Positions 28,584 through 39,620 of a DNA stretch of 64,000 nt are shown one piece after another (positions within the stretch are counted from its first letter, which is position 1; each line of letters starts with the position of its first letter). Source of the stretch: an uncultured Propionibacterium sp. GTDB taxonomy: Bacteria > Actinomycetota > Actinomycetes > Propionibacteriales > Propionibacteriaceae. The stretch lies in assembly GCA_938036835.1 (NCBI GenBank), contig CALHWB010000033.1:4815-68814 (forward strand), read 5' to 3'. The translations under genes were made by a program, and so were the position numbers. The notes under the pieces were generated by a model. The model made no database searches, had not been told where the DNA came from, and saw only the letters and a program-made list of their open reading frames with translations.

Positions 28584-31500
28584 CTAGCGCCGCCTTCGCT
28601 TCCTCTGACTTCGAGAGCTCCCGTTACCGCGAGGCACGAGGCCCAGAGTCGCGAGTCCGAAATCGTCGAAAGGGATTACAGGAAAAGGGCTGTTGTTGAC
28701 GAGGGGGGTGATGAGTGGGTCGCTCGTCACCACGGCGCCTGCCAAGTGCCAGGGCGCGCCGTTACCGTCTGCACCAAGGAACTCGGTGACTTCGCTGAGG
28801 TGCTGCCTCAACCAGTCGATGCGTCTGCTGTGGAGCTCGATTGTGGGCTTCTTCCCTCTCTTGCCTGTGAACAGCTTCTCAAGCTCGCCGATGATCTCGG
28901 CTGGTGTTCGCGCAACCTCGAAGTCCTTCGCCTCGACCACAATGATCGTCCGGGTCTGTGGATGGGTTGCGAGGACGTCGATGTCCCCGAGGTCATGGCC
29001 GGAAGGGTCGGTGATGCGATGCTTGCCGATCTTGTTCACGGACAATCGCGTGGTCATGCCGAGATCCTCAAGCTTGGCGGCCACCGAACGGGCGAAGGCA
29101 TTGTTGATCTTGCCCCGCGCCTCAGAGATGCATCGCTTCATCTCGGCCGTCTTCGCTCGACCCTGCAAGCGCCCAGACAGCAAGTTGTCGACCCAGTACG
29201 GACCCAGCCGGTAGACGCTGCGAAAGCCGAAGACCAACTCATGGCCCTGAAGTACGAGCGGCCGCCCGAATGTACGACGCGTCGCGGTTGAAGCGCCACG
29301 GCCAGGCATCCTGTCCGATGCCGAGGAAAGACTCCCGCTCTGTGAGGGTGATCCCATCCACAACAGCCGACACGACTTCTTCCGCAATGCTCCGCGCTGT
29401 CGACACTTCTGAGATAGCCCGTGAGCGATCGATGCGTGTCACCTGATCAGCTGTGGCTAGGTCCAGCAGGCCTTCACACACCTCTCGGAGCTCAGTCAGG
29501 GTGAACCCAAACTCGGCACGCATGGCAGGCTCGCTGCGGGCAATGAAGTCAGGCACGTCGAAGTCATCGATGCCATCTCTAGCATCGTCATTCACCGCGC
29601 CTCGGACTGATCGCATGCCAGAGTTCGCGGCGTAAGTGTCCATGGCTGCGGTCACCGGTTCCTCTCGGCTCACTCCAAGGCGTCCTGAGCCGAGAATGGA
29701 GACATCGAAGTCGGCGAGTCTGTAGTGAAGGAAATCCGAGGTAGTTGCCTTTTGGATGAGTTCGATCGCAATGCCCAGGATGCGGTAGTAGTCGAGCACT
29801 TCGATCACGCGTTCCCCGTCTGGTGGTTGCGCGGCCACGTACTCGATCAGGAAGCGGTTCGCTCGTTGAGCAGTCGCGCTCGTCTTCCGATGATCAACCA
29901 GTTCGGCGACGGTCTGTGACTGCTCGCCGAAGCACGCCAGGCGTGACTTCAGCGTGATCGAGTTTAACTTCGCGTCGTGGAGGAGGGCCTCGTTCTGTGC
30001 GACAAGGAAGTCGAGCAGGGCATGTTTGTCGTACGAGGCGATCTCGGCTTCAAGCCGACTGAAGAGGTGCCCCACAGCCGCATTGAGCACCCGGACCCGT
30101 TCTGTGCCTAGGAGGACGCCGTTCTGGAAGCCGCCGCCGGTCGGTGATCGGAGCCACGTGCCCAACTCGTCAAGCACTTGGGCCGTGATCTGGTCGTGAC
30201 CTTTCAGAGCACGGGGCAGGTTCTCGGCCAGCATATCCGGCGCGTGATTCTGGTGTAGGGCGTTGATCATCCGCTTTGAGCCCAAGGGAGCAACCGCATC
30301 AAGGCGCGGACCCAGATCAGTACTCGCCGTTCCGAAAAGACTGGTCAACAGGACCGTCACGAGTTCGCGCTCCGCAGTGTTCGCTGCTTCCTGGAGGAGG
30401 GCGACGAACGTATCGGTGAACGCCAGGGTGTACCCGCTCTCTACCCGCGTCATCCTGACTGCGGGATCGGCGCGTGACCAGTCGTGAACCGTTCTCCAAG
30501 ACCCCGGGTCGATCAACCGGACAGTCAGTTCGGTTGTTGTTGCCCTTGGCCGGGCGCCGGTGCGGTAGGCGCACTCGCGCACCCAGTAGGCGACACACTC
30601 AAGAAGGGTCGGCTCCACGCCGACGGGCTCAGCCCCTTCAATGTCGACGGTGATGAAGACTGTGTGGTCGATCATCTCGACGACATAGCCGACGTAGGAG
30701 CTACTTGGCTCAATGAGGAAGATCTCTGGAGCATCCCGCTCATAGCGGCGTCGGGCCTGGACGATCGGCGGATTCGGCACTGGCGGCACAACTCCGTGGC
30801 GATCCGTCTCGGCGATGTACTGCTGGCGAGGGTACAGCCCATCTCCTGTCTGAAAAACGGTGAAGGTGGGAATCGCATCGTCCGATAGATAGAACGACTT
30901 CTTGTTCTTCACGTACGAACAGAACTCGTCAAGGACAGCCGTCGACACAGATCGTCCCGGCCGGTTCTTTTGGGCTTCGGCGAACAGCAACAAGCCCAGC
31001 AGCCCGTCTGGCTCCTGATGCATAATCACTTCCAAGTCGTCGGAGCGAGCGATGAGCATGGGGTCTGCGCCCTCGACATTCGGGACGCCCCAGAACGCAG
31101 ATCGGCTGGGGCTGTCGGTCAAGACGAGGTGTAGAAGCTCCTCCGCTGATGAGTAGGTGCATCGGGTGAGCGGAGATACAAGGGCGGCGAGGTTATCCAG
31201 GATCGTCCGGGTGTCGTAGGAGCCCCACACGTCCAATTCCCAGTCAACGAGCGGGTCAGTTGCGACGACCAGGTGAAGGTCGCGTTTCGAGTCGATCTTC
31301 AGAAGGTATCTGCTCATAGCGGTGCTTCGCTCAAGCAGTTCGGGAGTGGAACTGTTGGGAAGCAGCCTCATGAATCGGCGCAACGCGGCTTTCCGCAGGC
31401 GCTGGCCGAGTTCTTCGAGTTGACCCGCCTGGTGCACGAACCTCAGAAGGTGGAACCGGATGCTGATGAGAAGATCAAGCGGCAGTGCCACTAGGTATCC

Positions 31501-32196
31501 GTCTCCAAGCCGAAGGAATGGCGTTACGTAGAGGCGGTCGTCGGTTATGACGTTTGCACACGGATTGTCCAGCTGTCCGGGATCAAGCGCGAACGTGTCG
31601 ACGACCATGCGCAGCCAACTGCCGTGAGCATCGAGTTCATCGTTCGAGATGAATGCCGCGTCAGCGAGTGCGTGGAGTCGTGCTGCGCCCGGCACGTCGA
31701 TGGGGGTCCTGGGCGATCCTCCTGGCGGGGTGCCTCGTGTGAGCCCAGCTCGCTTGAGCACGATGTCGCTTACGGTAAGGAGGCCTTGGATCAGCCGGTG
31801 GACTGGACCTCGTAGCTCGTCCGGCATCCATCGCTCACGGAACGCTGCGTCGACTAGGTCCTCCAGGTCAGCCACGGTGTGTTCGCCCGACCCAGCTGAT
31901 ACGAGGTACGGCCCTCCGGTGAAGCTGATGCTGTGGACAAGGACCTCCGGGTACGGGTCCTCCTGCATCAGTATGCGGCGGTCGCCGATGTCCTCCCGTT
32001 TCAGGATCGATCGGACTGCGCTTGGGCTCGCCGGTGGGGCACCGGTGTCATTCAGTGCCATGCCCAAAGCCGCGAGCCGATGCAAACGAACAAGCCGCGA
32101 CGCGTTCGAAGGAAGGAGCATCAGGCCAGCGGCAGCAGCAGTAAGAGAGGGTCCGTCGATGCCCCGCGGTACGGAACCCGTGCGAATGCCCACCAT
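28584..32196 (-). pseudogene. ~1200-aa protein with C-terminal PD-(D/E)xK nuclease, split by a +1 frameshift near 29267
   Basis: PWRFNRDASYIR continues as RPLVL...LGDIDVLA...VVEAKD if one G of CGGGCGG is removed. Confidence 0.75.
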
Positions 32197-32289
32197 GGGC
32201 CCATTCTCGCAGGTGTCACCGACGGGGACGTGGCTGACGGGATGTCTATATGAGAGCGATCGGCCGCCGGATGGGAGTGGACCGCAAGG

Positions 32290-32560
32290 CGGTGGAGGTC
32301 GCCTTCGGTGTCGTGGGCGTGTGTGCGCTGCTGGGTGTGTCCCGGTCCGGGTGCTACAAGTTTGGGTTCAACGAGGGCAGGCAGGCCCTGTGGAGCGGCG
32401 GCGGGAACGGTCGCGGGTCGAGGTCCGCCGGTTCCATGCCGTCTCCGGCGGGGTGGACGGGGCACCGCGGGTCATTGCGGGCCTGCGCGCCGTCTCGGTC
32501 AAGACGGTCGTTGGGATCGTGCGGGTTGAGGGCATCGCGGGTATCAGCCCGCGGCGCTGA
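32290..32560 (+). mobile_element. IS3-family OrfB fragment
   Basis: VCALLGVSRSGCY...VSVKTVVGIVRVEGIAGISPRR. Confidence 0.65.
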
Positions 32561-32805
32561 CGCCCTCGACCAGACCCCCCAGTAACCCACGAACACCAAA
32601 CCACCACCGCAGCCAACCAGACCGCTCAACCGATGCCCACCAAACAGGGCCAACCCCACCTGGTTTGGCGCAGTTGGTCGCTCTCGACGTGTCTCAGTCC
32701 GGGCGGCCAGGCCGGCGGCTACCGTTGGCGGTGAACGACTGTTCTCACCGACTCGGCACCGATGGTGTGGATCGCCGGACGGAGCACGAGAGCGAAGGGC
32801 TGGAT

Positions 32806-33325
32806 ATGGCTTACGAACAGTTACCTATTGTGGATGTCGACCTCGACGGTCTCCTTCTTGATCTGGAGAACTATTGATCCCTGGTCGCCGCGACGATGAG
32901 GCAGATGCGCTGAAGTACCTGTTTGCGTCCGGGGATGTCCCTTGGTGTGGCGAGACTGATCCTCCGAGACGGCTACTGCGACAACGAGGTACCGATCGTG
33001 ATATCGGCATCGAAATCGGGGGACGGGCTGCCGCGCACCGTGCTTGAGGGCAACCGTCGAGTCAGTGCTCTCAAGTCTCTCCGGGACCCGACGATTGTGC
33101 CTGGCCACGAGACTGAGGTTCGCGTACTGCTCAAGCGGTACGCAGATGCGCCATCTCCGCCAGATCGTGCAGCAACCAGCGGCAGGCGATATTGCCGACG
33201 CTGATCGGCTGCTGATCGAAGTCGCCCGGGAGGATGGCGGAGCCGTTACGAACGATGATGAATCTCACGCAGTTGAAAATGGTTGCTTCGCTCATCCGCC
33301 GCGTGCTCTTGGTGATAGTGAGTAG
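32806..33325 (+). pseudogene. ParB/Srx-like domain protein remnant
   Basis: LLLDLENY*...PIV...VLEGNRRVSALK; broken frames. Confidence 0.6.
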
Positions 33326-33417
33326 CGGTTGCGACGGTTGCTGCCGAGAGCCGGTTGCGCGGAACTGCGCGCTTGCCTCTCCTGTGCGGCAGGAAGCAGG
33401 ACGACACGCATGGGGTG

Positions 33418-34242
33418 TCACCAGTGGATACCGAGCATGTTTGCGCTGCGTTGCCAGTGCTCACGCACCATCTCTGGGTCGTAGGCCTGCTTGTTGGTGC
33501 GCCCCACCCGCTTCGGTGTTCCGTAGTATTCACCCGAAACCCAGGCGTCGCCCGGCTTGCTGTCAATGAAGTGCCGGAGCCGTGCGCCGCCCTGCTGCGG
33601 GGAGATGAGAAATCGCTTCAGCACACCGTGGTAGACCCACTGAAAGTAGCTATCGGTGTCAGAAGCGAAGTTCGTTGCGACGTTGCCGGGATGGAACGCC
33701 ACCGACGAGAGACCGCGGTCGTGGAAGTGCTCGTGCAGGCCTTTGGTGAACAGGACGTTGGCGAGTTTCGCGTCGCCGTAGGCCTTGTTCGGGGTGAAGC
33801 CCTGCCAGTTGTTCAGATCGTCCAGATTGATGCTCCCGAAAAGCCGTGCCCCGATACTGGATGTGTTCACCACTGCTGCCCGACTATCAAGCAGTTTGTC
33901 AAGAAGCAGATTCGTCAAGAGATACGGCGCGAGGTGGTTGACCTGGAAGGTCTTTTCGAAGCCGTCCAGGGTAGGCGTGGGGCCGGAGAACATGCCGCCA
34001 GCGTTGTTGGCCAGCACGTCGATCCGGTCGCACCTCTCGTTCAGTACGTCTGCGAGGCGGCGTACCTCGTCGAGTCTCGTGAAGTCTGCCGAGTGGTGCT
34101 CCGCTCCCGTGGCGGCGGCGACAGCTTGCGTCTTCTCGGGTGAGCGCCCGACAAGGATCAGCCGGGCATCCGTGTCTGCGAGTTGCCGAGCGGCTGCCGC
34201 GCCGATACCGTCACTCGCTCCCGTGATGATGATGGTTCGCAT
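33418..34242 (-). CDS. Short-chain dehydrogenase/reductase
   Basis: TGASDGIG, NNAG, YGDAK, FHPG. Confidence 0.92.
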   Translation of the reverse strand: MRTIIITGASDGIGAAAARQLADTDARLILVGRSPEKTQAVAAATGAEHHSADFTRLDEVRRLADVLNERCDRIDVLANNAGGMFSGPTPTLDGFEKTFQVNHLAPYLLTNLLLDKLLDSRAAVVNTSSIGARLFGSINLDDLNNWQGFTPNKAYGDAKLANVLFTKGLHEHFHDRGLSSVAFHPGNVATNFASDTDSYFQWVYHGVLKRFLISPQQGGARLRHFIDSKPGDAWVSGEYYGTPKRVGRTNKQAYDPEMVREHWQRSANMLGIHW

Positions 34243-34319
34243 CCGTGTTCCCTTCTTTGTCCGTGGCCGATGGTAGGAAGCCTGCGGTGAGCGTTTCGAC
34301 CGGCTTCCATCTGGAACCG

Positions 34320-34590
34320 GGTACCGTGTCCTGATCATAATTGCCGAAGCCGGGGCGACGGTCGCGCTTGTGGGCGACCGAGCCCAGTCGCCCGCTGTAG
34401 GTCGTGGCGGGGTGCTCGACATGGCCGTACAGATCAGGGACCACACCTATGGAGCGAATTCCACAGGTTCACCGGCCCCGAGTACGCGGCGCTCGCCTTG
34501 CGGATGCGCGACCGCGAGAACCCCGGCGAGGTTCGACCGCCTTGCCGCCTCGTGACCCTGCATGCGGACAACGACGCGGCGGGCCGACAA
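34320..34590 (+). pseudogene. Relaxase-helicase (TraA/MobF-like) internal fragment
   Basis: GATVALVGDRAQSPAVGRGGVLDM...HRFTGPEYAALA resembles SF1 motifs III-IV; frameshifted. Confidence 0.65.
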
Positions 34591-34736
34591 GAGAAGCCTA
34601 TGATGCAGAATCCGTTAACTTTCGTGCGGCCTACAGACCTGCTTTTGCCGCCTAAGTGGTTCAGCAAGTGGGCGAGCCTCCACTCCGCGGCCGTGTTCAG
34701 GGGGAGAATGGAGCACCAGTTGCACCAAGAGGGACG

Positions 34737-36086
34737 ATGGCTAAGAACGAACTCGTCGTTGGTGAGCCGCGTCTCGTATGGCTCATCGATGGCAGCAAGA
34801 AGACCGATCCGATCTCGGTCATGCTCCGCGACACGGGCACGACGATTGAACTTACTGTCCCGCTAAAGGGCATGCTAGAAACAAATGATCCATACTCCCG
34901 CTGGTGGTCTCACGGCGTAATGTTTGACGATGATCCGGAGCGCTCAAAGCACACTTACAGCCCACCAAAAGTATTGTTCATGTACGACCGCACCGGAGAT
35001 GTCGTGCTTGTCGGTTGCAGAGCCGCCGGCTTGAACACCAACGTCTTCGTCGCCGGCGAGGGCCGGATCGTTGCCAACTACGCCGTCTTCGGAGGGCAAT
35101 CCTTGAAGTATGACAAGGTCAATGGTCTCCGCGCCGAGGTGCCAGCGCTTGCCGCTTGGGCACGACGACCCAGCAGCATGAAGGTCGGCTTCACGACGAA
35201 TGAATCTAATCGGGTGCAATCCGTGCAGATGACCCTAACCAATGCCCCGGAAGCGAAACTCGCGAGACCATTCAACCTGACAATGAAATCAACGTGGCGG
35301 ATGGATGACCCGCCCCAGCCCGGGGGTTTCCCTGTCTATGAGAGCGTGAAGTTGGAAACTCACGTCGCACAGCCGCGAGGATGGGATGATCACCTCCATC
35401 TCCATGGTGCCGTACTCGATCTCGTCTCTCTCGCGGCATGGCGGCCTTTTGGTTTCGCTTCGATCGAGGCCCTTCGCACCGACGACCCCATCAAGAACGC
35501 TGACGGCACAGTTTGCTCCGAGAAGTGGTCGTCCGTCGCGACACACCGATTGCTACGACACAAGCCCTGGGTGAAAGAGCCTTGTTTCCTGTTCCCTTGG
35601 GCCGAGATCGGCCCCCGCGGAGTTGCACGGTGGCTGAGACTCCGCACGGACTACTACCAGGCCGTCAGCCCTGTCCTTAACGTGCTTCGTTCCGGCCATG
35701 TGTGGAGCCCCGCGAGCGCGGTGCAGAGCGGTATTGCGCTTGAGGCGCTCGGATATCTGATCGATACGAAGAAAAACGCTGGCGCTCACCTAAACTCCCG
35801 CAAGCAGATTAACTTCAAACCCGCGCTTCAGGTGATCCTCGACGACCTTACTGAGCTACCGTTCACCGATACCGCTGGCTGGATCAACATGGCCAATGAC
35901 GTGTACATGGGCGCCAAGCACCCAGATCGACCCCAGCCAGACTCGCTCATCATGCTGAACACCCTGCGGGAGAACCTGCTCATCGTCCGCTACTGGATCG
36001 CGCAGCAACTCGGGGCCACTGCCGAATCGCTTCGCCAAGGGCTACGCACCGACCCGCTCGCGGGCGAGTTCGAGGCGATCGACTGA
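34737..36086 (+). CDS. ApeA-like protein (beta-rich N-terminal domain, HEPN-like C-terminus)
   Basis: Architecture resemblance: GIALEALG...NDVYMGAKH; located in the defence island. Confidence 0.55.
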   Translation: MAKNELVVGEPRLVWLIDGSKKTDPISVMLRDTGTTIELTVPLKGMLETNDPYSRWWSHGVMFDDDPERSKHTYSPPKVLFMYDRTGDVVLVGCRAAGLNTNVFVAGEGRIVANYAVFGGQSLKYDKVNGLRAEVPALAAWARRPSSMKVGFTTNESNRVQSVQMTLTNAPEAKLARPFNLTMKSTWRMDDPPQPGGFPVYESVKLETHVAQPRGWDDHLHLHGAVLDLVSLAAWRPFGFASIEALRTDDPIKNADGTVCSEKWSSVATHRLLRHKPWVKEPCFLFPWAEIGPRGVARWLRLRTDYYQAVSPVLNVLRSGHVWSPASAVQSGIALEALGYLIDTKKNAGAHLNSRKQINFKPALQVILDDLTELPFTDTAGWINMANDVYMGAKHPDRPQPDSLIMLNTLRENLLIVRYWIAQQLGATAESLRQGLRTDPLAGEFEAID

Positions 36087-36301
36087 ATCCGCCCAAGACC
36101 ATCCATCACCGACTCCGCCAAGCCTTGGGAGAAGACATCAATGACCGCATGGTAAACGCATCACTTCATGGCCGGCCCAGTGTTCGATGTGACACTGCGG
36201 CATCGCATTGGAGCGACTGATCAGGTATATCCAGGCCTTGCTCCCAACGCAACACGAAGAAGTCGGGGACCTCACACCTTCTAACGTGATGTGCAATCTC
36301 G

Positions 36302-36983
36302 CTACCGCCGTGGCATGGTGAATCCGATCAAGGCCCTGTTCGGAAAGTCGTTGAAAGGCTTCATGATCGAGTATTTTTCTGCCGCAAAGCTCGCGGAGGC
36401 CGCGTGATCTTCTAGCGCCGTATCGGCGAATGGATGCTCGATGTGCCAGTTCTTGCGTTTCAGGTATTCTGCCACGGGAGATTCTGTCGGGTATCCCTTG
36501 GGTACATTCTTCAGGGTCGTTCCCCTAACCGTGAAATTGCTGGCAAATGCCGGGTTGCAAATAATCTCTAGAAACTCTTCGGGGTTTGCCAATATGTGCT
36601 CTCGGATTCGCAGTGTCGCATGCTTTGAGCATATCTGCAAACAATCCGCCACCCAAGAAGGAGCGATTGTTGGGGCGAATGGAGAGGGAATAGCCGGTGG
36701 GGATGGACAGTTTTCCCTTTGCGGCAATGTGGCATCTGAAAGTGGGGTTGTAGGGCGTCTTGTCGTGGCTAAACCGGGTATCGCGCGCCAGCTTGAATGT
36801 GAGGTTCCTTGGTTCGTTGCGGAGGATGCTGTCGTCAAACTCGCCAATCTTGAGCATTACTGCTCGTATGAGTTCTTCGAACTCACTTAGGGTCGCACGA
36901 TTCTGTTCTTTATGGCTGTGACACCAGTCTCGGTTGTTATTCGCATCCAAATCCAATAGATATGAGATAATCTCATCGCTCAT
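36302..36983 (-). pseudogene. DUF2461 (TIGR02453) family, frameshifted
   Basis: NNNRDW, RDTRFSHDKTPY, LKNVPKGY split over two frames near 36630. Confidence 0.8.
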
Positions 36984-37089
36984 GTCATTCTCGCTCTCGA
37001 TAGGTATGAAGTTGTTTGGCGTGGGTGACGGATTGGGGATCGTGGTATTCCAATTGACGTGTCATGTGAAGATGGAAGACGTGCGCATT

Positions 37090-37330
37090 GCCGCACGGGT
37101 TACGCCGTTAGAAGCTGAGACTGCGCGGAACCAGACCTCGACGAGGTTCATCCAGGAGGCGTGAGGGTGAAGCGGATCTTGAACTGCGCTTTGGCCTCCA
37201 GCCAGGCACGGACCTCGGTATGTTTGTGGGTGGCGTAGTCGCCCATGACCAAGTGCGACTCGGCAGGGTGGCCCTTGTCGTCCACTACGTTGCGGTAAGT
37301 CCGCTCGGTCGGGCGTAGGAGGGTGAGGAC
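37090..37330 (-). mobile_element. IS630-family transposase fragment
   Basis: HLVMGDYATHKHTEVRAWL...FT...WMNLVEVWF. Confidence 0.7.
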
Positions 37331-37623
37331 TTCTGGTGGCGGTGCCTGGGTCTCAGGGTGACGGTGACCTTCCTGGCCAGCTCGGGGTCGGTGGCCAACC
37401 GGAGCGTCCCACCCAAGCCACCGTCTAGGAACCAACGGCAGTCGCTAAAGAGGACATTCAAATCCCCAGGGGCTAGGCAAAGTCTTTGTCATACTGGTCT
37501 GGTATGGGTCAAGAGGGTGATGGTTTCGTCGGGATGTCTGGTGTGGCGACTGACCGAGGATCAGTACGTTCGCGGACGCGCGGTAGCCCTGACTTCAACA
37601 CGTTTCAGGTACATCTGTCCCCC

Positions 37624-39218
37624 TCAGTTCTTCTTGAAGCCGGAACTGGGGTCGGACTTGAGGACGTGGGTGTTTTCGCTGATCGTCCGGACTTCGGATT
37701 CGTTGAAGCCCTCGGGTTTGACGGCTTGGATGTCGATGGTGATATCGAGCTTCGCGCCGGTTCCGGCGAGGTGGTCGATGACCTCGCGGGTGACGTTGCC
37801 GATGTCGCGGGAGTAGCGGTCGGGATCGATCTTGACCGAGCCGAAGAAGCGCGTGAGTGCTGCTTCGAGGGCGGACTCGATCGGTGATGGCTCGTCGCTG
37901 CCGGTCGCAGGCTGAGGTGCCCAGGCGATGTCTATCGGGCTGACGTCCTTGCCGCCGTCTTCTGCCTGTCGGGCGGCGGCTTCCCGCGCCGCCGCGCGAT
38001 CGGCCTCAACCTGCTGCTGCGCCCGGTCGATCTCGGTGAGCAGTGTGCTGTCGGTGACCTGAATGTTCGTGTTCTGGGCTGGCGGCACCACGAGTCCTCG
38101 GTAGCGACCGGTTTCGGCGTCTTTGCCGGTGGCGATGCCGAAGCGTTCGTCGTCGACGAGCACTGCGGTCAGTGCCTGCTGGATCGCTGCGTCGAGCACT
38201 TCGCGTCGCACGAGGCGGGGCAGGTAGTCGTTCCGGTACAGGTTCGTGAAGCTGCGCGCCACGGCAGCGATGGTCGTGAGACCTTCGGCCTTTGGTGCCT
38301 GGAACAGGCGGCGGCGGACGATCTCGAACGATTCGTCCTTGCTGGGGACCGCCGCTGGCTCGCGACGCGGCGGATCACGTTCTGCAGATGCTCCAGCGCG
38401 AGTTGACCGTTCGCGCCACCGATCTCGATGTCGCTGCCGTGTCCTTCGGCGCCGGTGTCGACATCACGAGCATCACCCCCAGCACGGAACGCATGATCTC
38501 GGTCAAAGATTGGGCGAAGGTGAACGGTGTCTCGAACGAACCAGCTGGCAGTTTCCTGTCGGTGACGAGTTGGCGCGCGTACCCCGCCCACTCATCGATC
38601 AGGATCAGCGCGGGGGAGTAACGCACTATCAGGGTACGCCAATCAGGGTACGCGGCGCCTCCCAGGGCTGCTGCCCGCGCGGTTGTCCTCGTCGATCAGG
38701 TCATAGGCCTCCCGCCCGCCCAACTGCCAGGCCAGTTCACCCCACAGCGTGTAGACCTCGGTGCCGTGATTGGTGAGCCGGCCTTCAGATAGGTGCCGGC
38801 AAGCGCAACTCGTCGCACGCCGAGAGTGCTGGGATCGGGGTTGCCGTTGGCGGCGACCAGTTCCTGGAGTCCTTGCGGGAAGTCCTTGGCAGGGGTACCG
38901 CTGAACAGGTGATAGAGCACCAGCATCGAGTGGGTCTTGCCGCCACCGAAGTTGGTCTGGAGATTCACCACTGGGCTCACCCCGGCATCGCCGTTCGGTA
39001 GCCCTGCTCGGTGATCCGCTCGAAGCTGCACCTGCACGTCATGCTTGGCCAACGCGCGCAGTGGCCCACACCGTCGCTGGGCATCCTCCCTCGCCCACGC
39101 GGTCGGCTGGTCCGCAGTCTTGTAGACCCGCGTCATCACCTCGTCAACCTCATCCAGGAGCCCCTTCGGAGAGCAGGTCGAACGCCTTGCCCACGCGATT
39201 CCGGTTGTTCATCGCCAT
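37624..39218 (-). pseudogene. DUF499 ATPase with N-terminal Swt1-like HEPN, multiply deleted
   Basis: MAMNNRNRVGKAFDLLSEG; LQTNFGGGKTHSML; LILIDEW; YLPRL; RFFGSVKID. Confidence 0.85.
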
Positions 39219-39279
39219 CGTCGTCTCCTAGACCCCACCACTTGCTGTCGTCGAGGCTGCGTTCAGCGCCTGCCGATCC

Positions 39280-39620
39280 CTACTCATCAGTGTCCTCTCC
39301 CGCCGCTGCGGTGAGCTGCCTCCGGGCGATCCGTTCCTGCGCCTTCCGGTAGACCGTCTGGATGCGGGCCTGTTCTGCCTTGCCACGAATCCCCACCCGC
39401 TGCCTACTTCGAGCAGGAAGACTCCAAATCCCTGACGATCGCCTCTTCAAGGTCACATTCGGCGTAGGCATCCTTCAGCCCCAGGAAATCCAGGAAGTAC
39501 GGGTCGTGGAAGCTGTCGGCCGCAACCAACTGCGCCCGCTCGATCAAAGCCGACACTTGCTCCACGAGTTCGCCGCCATCCGCCCTGACAGACTCCGCAA
39601 CGGCCTGAAACGGAGTCAGG
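39280..39620 (-). pseudogene. Second YhcG/DUF1016 remnant
   Basis: FHDPYFLDFLGLKD..ECDLEEAIVRDLE and QARIQ..Y..AQERIARRQL, paralogous to 11942-12994. Confidence 0.8.

Noticed and set aside
38628..38653. Tandem 12-mer ATCAGGGTACGC
   Set aside because: Only two copies, inside a decayed pseudogene; most likely a slippage scar.
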